DNA of 53,058 bases. Origin: an uncultured Collinsella sp. GTDB lineage: Bacteria; Actinomycetota; Coriobacteriia; Coriobacteriales; Coriobacteriaceae. The stretch covers positions 1 to 53,058 of the forward strand of contig CABSMS010000001.1 in NCBI GenBank assembly GCA_902478885.1, given 5' to 3'. Made by a program: the position numbers and the translations under genes. Shown piece by piece: positions 10,856 through 20,960 of this stretch. The notes below the pieces were generated by a model that searched no databases, had not been told where the DNA came from, and was given only the letters and a program-made list of their open reading frames with translations. Within the stretch, counting starts at the first letter, position 1; the number at the start of each line of letters is the position of its first letter.

Positions 10856-13800
10856 ATGCTTGATCGCCGTTCGTTACTTGTTGCCGGAGCGTCCTCACTG
10901 GCGAGCATTATGTTGCCGCGCGTGCCGGGAAGCGCAAACGCCTTCATACTGCCATTCGCCCCCACCGAGGCCTATGCCGACGAAGAAGACCCCTTCAGGG
11001 TGCTCGTTCTCTCGCGCACCATGTTCGGTGTGGTCGTGGTCGACGTCGCCAACAAGAATACGCCCATCGCGGGTGCCCAGGTTACGCTGACGTCGCGCTA
11101 TGCCGCGGGCAAACAGCTCACCGCCACAACCGATGACGAAGGCACGGCCATCTTTGAGATCGCCCCTCTTTCGGAAGGCTACGTGGACGAGGCAACGCTT
11201 CTCGACGCGTACGACTTTAACGGCGGCATTTCCATTAGCATGGCGGGCTACCGTGATGTCGAGATTCCCCTTGCGCGTATCCAGGGCGGCACCGCCATAA
11301 CCGCGCCCACGCGTCCGCTTTCCGACGGCGAGCCGTACTTCCGCCAGCTCACATTCGACGAATGGGACATCCAGTACGCTGAAGCCACGTTCATGGCATT
11401 GCCGAAGGACGACACGGCAAACGACCAACCCGACACGCACGCCTTTACCGTGCAGGCACATCTGCCACAGGGTGGACAGGCAACGCTGTGCATCAACAAG
11501 GTAATGCCCGCCACGGGTAGCTCGCCCGAAACCGTCACGCAAATTGGCCAAATCAAGGCCAGCGCATCGGGCGCGGATAATCTGGCGACGTTCACGCTCG
11601 AAGACACGTTCCTCGATGCAGCTTCGGGCCTTCTGGAAGAAGGGTGCAAGCTGCGCTTCGTCCTCGACTATCAGGGCAAAACCTACACGCTCTCCTCCCC
11701 CATGGCCGTTGTCACCGCGCCGGCCGCAAAGGCGGAATCGGGCTCGACCACCATCATTCCCACCACCATGGACCAAGAGATCACTCCGTTTGATTTCCCC
11801 GCATCGTTTCCCGGCATCGGTGGTAATAAGTTCACGTGTTGGATGCCCTCGTTCCCCATTTTGTTCGATTTCTCGTTTGCCGGATACGTGCTGTTCGGCG
11901 GAGGATACAAACCAGCCAGCTATATGAACGATTCAGGCAATCCGGATCCGGAGTACTGGAAGAAATCGCCGCGTGAGTCGGGCGCCAAGCAGGCAAACCG
12001 CTACCTCGACGAGATGGAGGGGAAGTGGAATCAGTACAAAAGTATGAGTGCCGGTTCGGGCACCGATCCAAGAAACACCAAGCTCCTTCGTCACCATTGC
12101 ACGCCGCTGTTCACGATGGATATCGCCACACAGCTGTACGGCTCGCTCGCCTACGATTGGGTGGGCAAAACCTGGGGTAACAACAACGACCCCGCATACG
12201 GCAATATTAAGGCCCTCTTCCAGGTAAGAACCGACCTCAATTGGACCGAGCAGTTTACCCTAGGACCGGTGCCGTTTTTCCTAAACGTCAACCCCTGGGT
12301 GCTAGCAAAACTGGCGCTCGCCGTGGGCGCCCACACGCACGGTAGCGGCGCGGCGTTTTTCAAAAACATATCGCTCGACTATTCAAACACCTCGGGCTCG
12401 TTCACCATCCAGATCGGGCTTGCCGTCACCTTTGGCGCCGGCGTTGCAGGCGTCGCTTCGTCCGCCGTGCGCGGCGCCGCATCCCTCACGCTGTTCATTG
12501 GGTACGAGAAGGCTGATGGACACCAGCTTCCGCGACTGCGCGTAGGTGCAGACGTCGATGTCGATGTGATACTCCAGTTCGTGATGTTCAAGTGGACCAC
12601 CAAGGCTTGGTCGGGGTCGTGGCCCACACTCCTCGATTCGTGGAATATGTCGGTGAACAACGGCGACCAGTATGTACTCCAGCGCTCTGAGCTCGCATTG
12701 GGTGGAGATACGCCCTATACACTAGATGCCTGCTTCGGCTCAGCCGGCAACGCCGAGGCGGGCGGCGTTCCGCAATTTATCGCATCGGCCACCATTGTCA
12801 CCAACGCCGAGCTGCTCGCGCGCGCCGAGGTTAAGGCCACTGCCGTAAACGTCGCGCCTGCCGCGCGCGATTGGGATCAAGCGGTCACGCGCATTGAGCT
12901 CAAGGCGGATGCAGAAAGCGACGACACGGGACAGATCGAGCATTTCGTCCATGCACTGATAGAAAACGACGAAAATGCCGCGCCGATGTATGAGTACACC
13001 TACATCGGTCAGACAACGAACGCCGTTGCGGACCCCAACGCCAATTCTACCGGCGTGTCGGAGGACGAGCGTGGCGGCATCAAACCCTCGAGCGACAACG
13101 TGCTGTTTGCTGGCGTGCTCAGCGAAGCTCACATGAAGCTGGCAATGATTGCCGGCGTAGAATGCCTGTTCCGTATCGCCTCGGTGCGCTACGGCGACAA
13201 TGGTCGCTCGCGCCTGGTGGTGCACACAAAGGCAAACGGCACGTGGTCCGCTCCCACGCCCGTGGACTTTCCCCTTGGGTTTGGCGAGAACGACGTGGAG
13301 CGCGACAGCGTATACGATTACGACTTCGACGTGGTGGAATATACGAACGGAATAGGAAACCAGGACGCCTACGTGCTGCTGGTCTCGGGCGAGCGCCCCG
13401 CCGGCGACAACACCCATTTCGATACGGCGAGCACATCCGGCATACTGTCCGTTGTGCGCCTGCGCATAAGCAACGACGGAGCCCGCGTGATATCGCACAC
13501 GTCGTGGCGCAGCATCTCGCGCGGCCGCCTTCAGGAGGATGGCTACCATTGCCTGCAGTGCCCACGCATCACGGTGGGCAAGACACTGGTCGACGGGCGC
13601 CTGTCGGGCGCTTACCTCCACCGCCGCGGAACCACCGCAGAGAAGGCGCTCGGCAGCGAGGCCGAGGTTGCACTGGAATGCTTTACCCTGTGGTCGGATG
13701 ATTTGGGCGACAGTCTCACGTTCCGTCAGGTCCTCCGCTTTCCGCAGGCACCGTCGAGCATCGAGCTCGGCACGCCCGAGAATATCAACGGCAAAATGGT

Positions 13801-15223
13801 GGTGCCCGTTGCATACGAGACTGCAGGCGGTTGTGGCTGTGCATCGTACGCCGTGATCGGCCAGTCCATCGCGGGTTGGGGCGTTATGTCGCCAGATGCC
13901 ACAGTGCCCCACGCGGTGCCGTGGCCGCAGCACACGGGCTTTTTGGCAACCGTCAACGAGCAACTGCAGCATATTACTTGGACGCGAGGCGCATCGGCAT
14001 TTGCAACGCAGCCCGTGGGCGCCGCAGACTGTGGCCCGGCATCGTTTAGCGTAAGCAACAACGGCAGGTGCGTGCTCTATGTAGAGAACACCGATGGCAA
14101 GGTGGGACAAACCTACGACGAAGAAGGCAACCCGGCAGCAGTGATGGGCAAGCACTTCCGCATCTTCGCCAGCACCTTGGCAGGCGATCTGTTCACGGAG
14201 CCGTTCGTGATGTGCGAGCTGGACCATCCCGTCGATCAGATAACGACATTTTTGACGTCGGGAGGCATGCTCTCCGCGCTCGCCACGCACATTGTGAGCG
14301 CAGAGAAGAGCGAGGCAGAGCTGCACGGCATCGAAGTGCCCTTGGTGGCGTGTGCCACTCCGACGGGCGCGGTCGCTACCTCGGGCGCGGTGGTGCCCGG
14401 AGCAGCAGGTGAATCCTTTATGGTCACGGTGCGAAACGACGGCAACACCTTGCTGACCGCCGGCACGATCGATCTGTACCGAGAGGGCTCCAGCCAGCCG
14501 TTCTCCAGCGCATCCATCGGATTCGGAGTGAACGCACGCATGGCTTCGATCTACGATCCAGAGCTTGCCGAGGACGCTTCGGCCAACGATACGGCACACG
14601 TGAAGTACGCGCTCGAGACGCTGGGCGCACGTTTTGCAACGCACCCGCTGGTAGCCGACAACGGCAACGCCGTGCTGGCACCGGGTTGCACGGCACAGTT
14701 CCGTATGAGCTTCGCCATCCCCGAGAGTTGGAGCGACGAAGTGGGCAAACGCGTAACGCTGTATGCGAAGGCACGTAATCTGGTGACGCTCGATCCCGTA
14801 ACGCTCGAGGAAATTCGACCGGGCGCAAACTCGGCGCTGGATGCCGTACTGCACGAGCTTCATGTGCCCGACGCGGCATGCGAACGCTCAGAAGTTCAGG
14901 TCGGCGTATGCGACAGCGCGGATACGACAGGACTTCACGACGCCCCGATGACGGTCGACGGCGATGGCGGCGCGAGCGGAGGTGGCTCCGGCGGAAGCAG
15001 CTCCGGTGGCGGCAGTGGCTCTGGCAGCGGCAAGGATCACGGCAATAGCAAGCGCCCCGGAAAAGCGGGCGCGCTTGCGGGCACAGGCGATGTCAACGCT
15101 CCCCTTACGGCAGCCGCTGCAGCACTCGCCGCAGCAGGCGCCGGCCTTATCGTCTACAGCGCCCGCCGAACCGCCCTCGGACGCGGTGCCAGCGACGAAG
15201 CCGATGCGGATAGGTCCCACTAG
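10856..15223 (+). CDS. Large cell-surface protein with twin-arginine-like signal and sortase-type anchor
   Basis: MLDRRSLL...AYA N-terminus; Gly/Ser linker, LAGTGD, hydrophobic helix and RR tail. Confidence 0.75.
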   Translation: MLDRRSLLVAGASSLASIMLPRVPGSANAFILPFAPTEAYADEEDPFRVLVLSRTMFGVVVVDVANKNTPIAGAQVTLTSRYAAGKQLTATTDDEGTAIFEIAPLSEGYVDEATLLDAYDFNGGISISMAGYRDVEIPLARIQGGTAITAPTRPLSDGEPYFRQLTFDEWDIQYAEATFMALPKDDTANDQPDTHAFTVQAHLPQGGQATLCINKVMPATGSSPETVTQIGQIKASASGADNLATFTLEDTFLDAASGLLEEGCKLRFVLDYQGKTYTLSSPMAVVTAPAAKAESGSTTIIPTTMDQEITPFDFPASFPGIGGNKFTCWMPSFPILFDFSFAGYVLFGGGYKPASYMNDSGNPDPEYWKKSPRESGAKQANRYLDEMEGKWNQYKSMSAGSGTDPRNTKLLRHHCTPLFTMDIATQLYGSLAYDWVGKTWGNNNDPAYGNIKALFQVRTDLNWTEQFTLGPVPFFLNVNPWVLAKLALAVGAHTHGSGAAFFKNISLDYSNTSGSFTIQIGLAVTFGAGVAGVASSAVRGAASLTLFIGYEKADGHQLPRLRVGADVDVDVILQFVMFKWTTKAWSGSWPTLLDSWNMSVNNGDQYVLQRSELALGGDTPYTLDACFGSAGNAEAGGVPQFIASATIVTNAELLARAEVKATAVNVAPAARDWDQAVTRIELKADAESDDTGQIEHFVHALIENDENAAPMYEYTYIGQTTNAVADPNANSTGVSEDERGGIKPSSDNVLFAGVLSEAHMKLAMIAGVECLFRIASVRYGDNGRSRLVVHTKANGTWSAPTPVDFPLGFGENDVERDSVYDYDFDVVEYTNGIGNQDAYVLLVSGERPAGDNTHFDTASTSGILSVVRLRISNDGARVISHTSWRSISRGRLQEDGYHCLQCPRITVGKTLVDGRLSGAYLHRRGTTAEKALGSEAEVALECFTLWSDDLGDSLTFRQVLRFPQAPSSIELGTPENINGKMVVPVAYETAGGCGCASYAVIGQSIAGWGVMSPDATVPHAVPWPQHTGFLATVNEQLQHITWTRGASAFATQPVGAADCGPASFSVSNNGRCVLYVENTDGKVGQTYDEEGNPAAVMGKHFRIFASTLAGDLFTEPFVMCELDHPVDQITTFLTSGGMLSALATHIVSAEKSEAELHGIEVPLVACATPTGAVATSGAVVPGAAGESFMVTVRNDGNTLLTAGTIDLYREGSSQPFSSASIGFGVNARMASIYDPELAEDASANDTAHVKYALETLGARFATHPLVADNGNAVLAPGCTAQFRMSFAIPESWSDEVGKRVTLYAKARNLVTLDPVTLEEIRPGANSALDAVLHELHVPDAACERSEVQVGVCDSADTTGLHDAPMTVDGDGGASGGGSGGSSSGGGSGSGSGKDHGNSKRPGKAGALAGTGDVNAPLTAAAAALAAAGAGLIVYSARRTALGRGASDEADADRSH

Positions 15224-15312
15224 CTCTCAGCCGCTTTTGTGGGGGGCGCTGACCCTGCTCATCGAACATCAAATGGGCTGGTTCTGGATACCCAGAGCCA
15301 GCCCATTACGCA

Positions 15313-15897
15313 TTAGATGTCGTCAGAGGAGTTGAGTTCTGCCTCGAGCTTGGCACGGCGCTTTTTCGCCGTGAAAAACGTTGCGCACAGGGCAGCAAAC
15401 GTGGCCGCGAAAATCGTCGCACCGCAGAACACGCCCGTGGCCAGGTTCGCCAACCAAAAGACGCTTTCGAGCGGTACGATCTGCGCCTCAGCGATACAGC
15501 GCATTGCAGCAATAACAAGCGCGAACGCGGCGCCGCTAAGGCCGCTGACAAGCAGGAAATATCCAACAGGAAGATGCTCGGTTTGCCCAAAACGATTGGT
15601 ATCGACATAGCCCTTCCGCGTTTGCAGTCCTGCGCAAATCAACATCACGAGAACGAGCCACAAATACATGGCTGCCTCGAACGGCGTTGCAAAGCCATTC
15701 GGCATTTCACTGGCGTCGCTGTGAACCCACGCAACCTGTCGAGCTATAAACTGGTAGAAAAAGATCATCAACATGCCAAACGAAAGCAGCACGAAACCAA
15801 TCTTGTAGATCTTCGCGCTCTCAGCCTCCAGGCGCTCGTCCTTTGGGCCGGCATATTCACGCCACTTTTGCACGAGTTTTAAATCTTCAAATTTCAT
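15313..15897 (-). CDS. Four-TM membrane protein (DUF6773-like)
   Basis: DERL N-terminal motif, hydrophobic segments, follows an XRE regulator. Confidence 0.6.
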   Translation of the reverse strand: MKFEDLKLVQKWREYAGPKDERLEAESAKIYKIGFVLLSFGMLMIFFYQFIARQVAWVHSDASEMPNGFATPFEAAMYLWLVLVMLICAGLQTRKGYVDTNRFGQTEHLPVGYFLLVSGLSGAAFALVIAAMRCIAEAQIVPLESVFWLANLATGVFCGATIFAATFAALCATFFTAKKRRAKLEAELNSSDDI

Positions 15898-15906
15898 AGC
15901 GAACTC

Positions 15907-16137
15907 CTAAAGAGCGTCAGGGTCGACGTCGTTTTCGTCTTCCCAAAACAAGTCGTTCAACGTAACGCGTAGCGCTTTACAGATTGCCACGCACAAATTG
16001 AGCGTGGGGTTGTAGCCGCCCGCCTCGATCAGGCCGATGGTCTGGCGCGTAACGCCCACGGCCTCGGCCAAGTCAGCTTGCGAAAGGCCAACCGCCGCGC
16101 GCGCCGCCTTCATGCGTAGGTTCTTTTTGCCCGGCAT
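15907..16137 (-). CDS. XRE-family HTH regulator
   Basis: LSQADLAEAVGVTRQTIGLIEAGGYNPTL. Confidence 0.9.
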   Translation of the reverse strand: MPGKKNLRMKAARAAVGLSQADLAEAVGVTRQTIGLIEAGGYNPTLNLCVAICKALRVTLNDLFWEDENDVDPDAL

Positions 16138-16343
16138 GGAGTTCCTTTCGTGGTAATAGACAGATATCCGTTGCAACATGACAGAAATATATTGCATTCA
16201 TCAGAAGATGTCCACTATATCTGTCATTATGAAAATCATGTTCGTCATCGCTATGCAGACATAGCAATTTCGATTCGCTATTCAAACTTACTCGGACAGA
16301 GCCGACTCAGTTTTGTCCGAGTAAACGAATCTCCATCGAACTC

Positions 16344-16357
16344 CGAACGATTGTTCG
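16344..16357. promoter_or_regulatory. LexA (SOS) box upstream of the topoisomerase operon
   Basis: CGAACgattGTTCG matches the Gram-positive CGAAC-N4-GTTCG consensus. Confidence 0.6.
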
Positions 16358-16456
16358 ATGGATTTCGTGTTGGTTGGAATCGTCCGTGGGCTGGGCTATG
16401 CTACCTTGACTATCTATATGACTTAAACGCAGCAAAGGAGCACCGAGAGAGCGAGT

Positions 16457-18454
16457 ATGGCAAAAAACACCGCAAACTATGGTAACGACAGCATCCGCCA
16501 GCTCAAGGACGAGGAGCGCGTACGCCTGCGCCCTGCCGTCATCTTTGGCTCGGACGGACTCGACGGCTGCGCGCATGCCGCCTTCGAGATCCTGTCCAAC
16601 GCCGTTGACGAGGCACGCCAGGGCTACGGCAAGCTCATCACCCTTACCGCCTTTCGCGATGGCTCCATTCAAGTAGAGGACAACGGCCGCGGCTGCCCAC
16701 TTGACTGGAACCCCTCCGAGAAGCGCTTTAACTGGGAGCTCGTCTTTTGCGAGCTCTATGCCGGCGGCAAGTACAACAACAACCAGGGCGGCGACTACGA
16801 CTTCTCGCTCGGCACCAACGGCTTGGGCTCCTGCGCGACCCAGTATGCTTCCGAGTACATGGACGTCACGGTTTGGCGCGACGGCAACAAGTACTCCCTG
16901 CACTTTAAGAAGGGCAAGGTGGTCGGCGCCAAAAAGAAGGCGCTCGAGATTGAGCCCAGCGACGAAGACCGTACCGGCACCACCATCAAGTGGCGCCCCG
17001 ACCTCGAGGTCTTTACCTCGATCAGCATTCCCCACGATTGGTATCGCGAGACCATGCGCCGTCAGGCCGTGGTCAACGCCAACGTGACTTTCCGCCTGCG
17101 TATTGAGGGCGACGATGGCGAATTTACCGAAGAGGACTTCTGCTATCCCAAGGGCATCGAGGATTACGTGCTCGAGAAGGTCGGTACCGATTACCTTACC
17201 GAGCCTTTCTTTATCGAGGCCGACCGTCGCGGTCGCGACCGCGAGGACCTGCCCGACTACAACGTAAAGATCACTGCTTGCATGTGCTTCTCGCGCACTT
17301 TCATGATGCAGGAGTACTACCACAACTCATCGTGGCTCGAGAACGGCGGCTCGCCCGAGAAGGCGGCTCGTAGCGCTCTGACCAGTGCCATCGATGCTTA
17401 CATTAAGCAACAGGGCAAGTACAACAAAAACGAGAGCGGCATCAAATGGCAGGACGTCCAAGACTGCCTGGTGCTGGTGACCAACTGCTTCTCCACCCAG
17501 ACGTCCTACGAAAACCAGACTAAGAAGGCCATCAACAACCGCTTTATCCAGCAGGCCATGACGGCCTTCTTTAAGGAGCGCCTCTCGACCTACCTGATCG
17601 AGAACAAGGACGCCGCCAACAAGATCATGGAGCAGGTGCTCATCAACAAGCGTTCGCGCGAGAACGCCGAGAAGACGCGCCAGAGCATCAAGACCAACCT
17701 GCAGCAGAAGACCGACATGGCCAACCGCGTGCAGAAGTTCATCGACTGCCGCTCCAAAGATAAGAACCGTCGCGAGATCTACATCGTAGAGGGCGACTCG
17801 GCAGCAGGCGCCATCCGCACGTCGCGCGATGCCGAGTTCCAGGGTGTTATGCCCGTCCGCGGCAAGATCCTCAACTGCCTAAAGGAGGATTATCCGCGCA
17901 TCTTTAAGTCCGACATCATCATGGACCTCATGCGCGTGCTGGGCTGCGGCGTGGAGATCAAAGACAAGCGCATCAAGAACCTTGGCGCCTTTGACCTGGA
18001 CAACCTCAACTGGAACAAGGTCATTATCTGTACGGACGCCGACGTCGACGGTTACCACATCCGCACGCTTGTGCTCACCATGCTCTACCGCCTGGTGCCC
18101 ACGCTCATCGACGAGGGTTACGTGTATATCGCCGAGTCGCCGCTCTACGAGATCAATTGCAAAGAAAAGACCTACTTTGCCTACACCGAGCTCGAAAAGA
18201 ACGGCATCCTTAAGGAGATCGGCGACCAGAAGTGCTCCATCAACCGCTCCAAGGGTCTTGGTGAGAACGATCCGGACATGATGTGGCTCACCACCATGAA
18301 CCCCGAGACGCGTCGCCTGATCAAGGTGGAGCCCGAGGACGTCACCAAGATGGAAACCATGTTCAACCTGTTGCTGGGCAACGACGAGGCGGGCCGCAAG
18401 CGCCATATCTCGGAGCACGGCAAGGAATACCTGGACCAGTTGGACCTGCAGTAG
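16457..18454 (+). CDS. Type IIA topoisomerase subunit B (GyrB/ParE-like)
   Basis: EILSNAVDE, DNGRG, AGGKY, VEGDSA, PVRGKILN, DADVDG, KGLGE. Confidence 0.93.
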   Translation: MAKNTANYGNDSIRQLKDEERVRLRPAVIFGSDGLDGCAHAAFEILSNAVDEARQGYGKLITLTAFRDGSIQVEDNGRGCPLDWNPSEKRFNWELVFCELYAGGKYNNNQGGDYDFSLGTNGLGSCATQYASEYMDVTVWRDGNKYSLHFKKGKVVGAKKKALEIEPSDEDRTGTTIKWRPDLEVFTSISIPHDWYRETMRRQAVVNANVTFRLRIEGDDGEFTEEDFCYPKGIEDYVLEKVGTDYLTEPFFIEADRRGRDREDLPDYNVKITACMCFSRTFMMQEYYHNSSWLENGGSPEKAARSALTSAIDAYIKQQGKYNKNESGIKWQDVQDCLVLVTNCFSTQTSYENQTKKAINNRFIQQAMTAFFKERLSTYLIENKDAANKIMEQVLINKRSRENAEKTRQSIKTNLQQKTDMANRVQKFIDCRSKDKNRREIYIVEGDSAAGAIRTSRDAEFQGVMPVRGKILNCLKEDYPRIFKSDIIMDLMRVLGCGVEIKDKRIKNLGAFDLDNLNWNKVIICTDADVDGYHIRTLVLTMLYRLVPTLIDEGYVYIAESPLYEINCKEKTYFAYTELEKNGILKEIGDQKCSINRSKGLGENDPDMMWLTTMNPETRRLIKVEPEDVTKMETMFNLLLGNDEAGRKRHISEHGKEYLDQLDLQ

Positions 18455-18499
18455 CAGCAAATCGATAACGACGGCCCTTAAGAAGTTCAAGAGGATATC

Positions 18500-20740
18500 G
18501 TGGCAAAGAAGAAGACGAAGAACCAGCCGAAGAAAAAGCAGGTCAACGCCGAGAACGTCATCGGCCTGCACTCCGAGGTCACCGACCAGCCGATCACGCA
18601 GACGCTCGAGGTCAACTACATGCCCTACGCCATGAGCGTCAACGTCTCGCGTGCGTTCCCCGAGATCGACGGCTTTAAGCCCTCGCACCGCAAGCTGCTC
18701 TACACCATGTACAAGATGGGTCTGCTCAAGGGCGAGCGCCAGAAGAGCGCCAACATCGTGGGTCAGACCATGAAGCTCAACCCGCACGGCGACGCCGCGA
18801 TCTACGAGACGATGGTGCGCCTGGCCACCGGCAACGAGGCGCTGCTCGCCCCCTTCGTGGAGTCGAAGGGCAACTTTGGCAAGTACTATTCGGGCGACCT
18901 GAGCTACGCCGCCTCGCGTTATACCGAGGCCAAGCTCTCCCCCATCAGCGCCGAGATCTTCAAGGACATCGACAAGGATCCGGTCGACTTCGTTGACAGC
19001 TACGACGGCGCCATGAAGGAGCCGCGCCTGCTGCCCACCACGTTCCCCAACATCCTTGTCTCGGCCAATAAGGGCATCGGCGTCGCCATGGCATCCGACA
19101 TCTGCGGCTTCAACCTCAACGAGGTCTGCACTGCCACAATGCACTACCTGCAGGACCCCGACTGCGACCTGCTCGAGTACATGCCCATGCCCGACTTCTC
19201 GACGGGCGGCGAGATCATCTACCGCCGCGAGGAGATGGAGAAGATCGTCGAGACCGGCCTTGGCAGCTTCCAGATCCGCTCCCGCTGGCGTTGGATTCCC
19301 GAAGAGCGCATCATCGAGGTGTACGAGATCCCCTACACCACCAAGACCGATGTCATCATCGAGCGCATCGTCAAGCTTTCCAAAGAGGGCAAGGTCAAGG
19401 AGATTGCCGACATCCGCGACGAGACCGACCTCTCGGGTCTGCGCATCGCCATCGACCTTAAGCGCGGTGTCGACCCCGACAAGCTTATGGCCAAGCTCTA
19501 TCGCTCGACCACGCTGCAGGATTCGTTCTCGTGCAACTTCAACGTGCTCGTCGACGGCTATCCCCGTGTTATGGGCGTGCGCCAGATCCTGCACGAGTGG
19601 GTCAAGTGGCGTATTGAGTCCACGCGTCGCCGCATTAACTTTGACCTGGGAAAAAAGTCCGAGCGCCTGCACCTGCTGCACGGCCTCGAGGCGATTCTGC
19701 TCGACATCGACAAGGCCATCGCCATCATTCGCGGCACCAAGCTCGAAGCCGAGGTCGTGCCTAACCTTATGAAGGGTTTCGACATCGACGAGACCCAGGC
19801 CGAGTTTGTCGCCGAACTTAAGCTCCGCAACATCAACGAGGAGTACATCCTCAACCGCACCAAGGACATTGCCAAGCTCGAGGGTGAGATTGCCGAGCTT
19901 GAGGAGATCCTCTCCAGCGAGGAGAACATCAAGAAGGTCATCAGCGACGAGCTGGCCGCAGTCAACAAGAAGTACGTGATGCCGCGCCGCACGGGTAGGA
20001 TCGAGCCCCATGAGGTTATCGAGGTAAGCTTGGAGCCCGAGGTCGAGGAATATCCGGTTACCATCATGCTTTCGCGCGATGGCTACCTTAAGAAGATGAC
20101 GGACCGCGTACTCAAGAAGGCGACCACGCTCAAGTACAAGGACGGCGACAAACCCTTTATCGAGTTCCCGTCCTCCAACACCCACGAGCTGCTGGTCTTT
20201 ACCAACAAGAGCCAGGTATACAAATGCAAGGTTGCGGCGTTTGAGGACACCAAGTCGGCCCAGCTGGGCTCGTACCTGCCGACCGACCTCGAGATGGAAC
20301 CCGACGAGAGCGTCATCTGGGTCATCGACCCCGAGGACTACAAGGCCGACGTGCTATTCGTCTTTGAGAACGGCCGCGTGGTGCGCGTCGCGCTTTCTGG
20401 ATACGTCACCAAGACCAACCGCAAGCGCCTCAAGAACGCCATCTACGGTGGCAGCAAGCTGCTGTATGCCCAGGTGCTCAAGGAAGATCGCGACATCGCG
20501 CTGGTCTCGAGCGACTACCGCCTGATGAACTTCAACACGTCGTTGCTCAAGACCAAGACGACCACCAACACGCAGGGCGTCCAGGCTTTCACGGCCAAGA
20601 AGGGCCGCTCGGTCACCACCGTCGGCACGACCGAGGAGATCCTCGGCGCCGGCGTCTCGGCCGAGAAGTTCACCGCGCAGAGCCTGCCTTCTGCCGGTGC
20701 CCTCATGAAGGAAAACGACATGCCGAGTTTGTTTGACTAA
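18500..20740 (+). CDS. Type IIA topoisomerase subunit A (GyrA/ParC-like, no GyrA box)
   Basis: DGFKPSHR, PHGD, AASRYTE catalytic Tyr, short CTD. Confidence 0.93.
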   Translation: MAKKKTKNQPKKKQVNAENVIGLHSEVTDQPITQTLEVNYMPYAMSVNVSRAFPEIDGFKPSHRKLLYTMYKMGLLKGERQKSANIVGQTMKLNPHGDAAIYETMVRLATGNEALLAPFVESKGNFGKYYSGDLSYAASRYTEAKLSPISAEIFKDIDKDPVDFVDSYDGAMKEPRLLPTTFPNILVSANKGIGVAMASDICGFNLNEVCTATMHYLQDPDCDLLEYMPMPDFSTGGEIIYRREEMEKIVETGLGSFQIRSRWRWIPEERIIEVYEIPYTTKTDVIIERIVKLSKEGKVKEIADIRDETDLSGLRIAIDLKRGVDPDKLMAKLYRSTTLQDSFSCNFNVLVDGYPRVMGVRQILHEWVKWRIESTRRRINFDLGKKSERLHLLHGLEAILLDIDKAIAIIRGTKLEAEVVPNLMKGFDIDETQAEFVAELKLRNINEEYILNRTKDIAKLEGEIAELEEILSSEENIKKVISDELAAVNKKYVMPRRTGRIEPHEVIEVSLEPEVEEYPVTIMLSRDGYLKKMTDRVLKKATTLKYKDGDKPFIEFPSSNTHELLVFTNKSQVYKCKVAAFEDTKSAQLGSYLPTDLEMEPDESVIWVIDPEDYKADVLFVFENGRVVRVALSGYVTKTNRKRLKNAIYGGSKLLYAQVLKEDRDIALVSSDYRLMNFNTSLLKTKTTTNTQGVQAFTAKKGRSVTTVGTTEEILGAGVSAEKFTAQSLPSAGALMKENDMPSLFD

Positions 20741-20776
20741 AACAACGGCGGCCAAACCGTCATGGGTTTACAAAGC

Positions 20777-20820
20777 AGCGGGGCCCGGAGCGCAGCAACA
20801 TCGCGCTCCGGGCCCCGCTC
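20777..20820 (+). terminator. GC-rich hairpin after the topoisomerase operon
   Basis: agcggggcccggagcgc...gcgctccgggccccgct. Confidence 0.65.
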
Positions 20821-20896
20821 GTTGCAACGTAGTCGGAATAATAGAACTCCCCGTTTTTCACTCCTGCAATCCCACGGCACAAGGCATGTTAAGCCA

Positions 20897-20951
20897 TTAG
20901 CAAAACTTGCAAAATTTAGCAAAAGTTGCAAAAGTTAGCAAAACCTGCAAA
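20897..20951 (+). repeat. Three 19-bp tandem repeats, probable operator array
   Basis: ttagcaaaac-ttgcaaaat / ttagcaaaag-ttgcaaaag / ttagcaaaac-ctgcaaa. Confidence 0.8.
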
Positions 20952-20960
20952 GGGGCCACC

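Noticed and set aside
17879..20185. Long antisense ORFs (768 aa here; also 12740-14863, 37110-38504, 49866-51626 and others)
   Set aside because: Shadow frames opposite clearly recognisable high-GC genes; no motifs of their own
20897..20951. Possible plasmid iterons or CRISPR
   Set aside because: No rep gene and no spacers; position fits an operator
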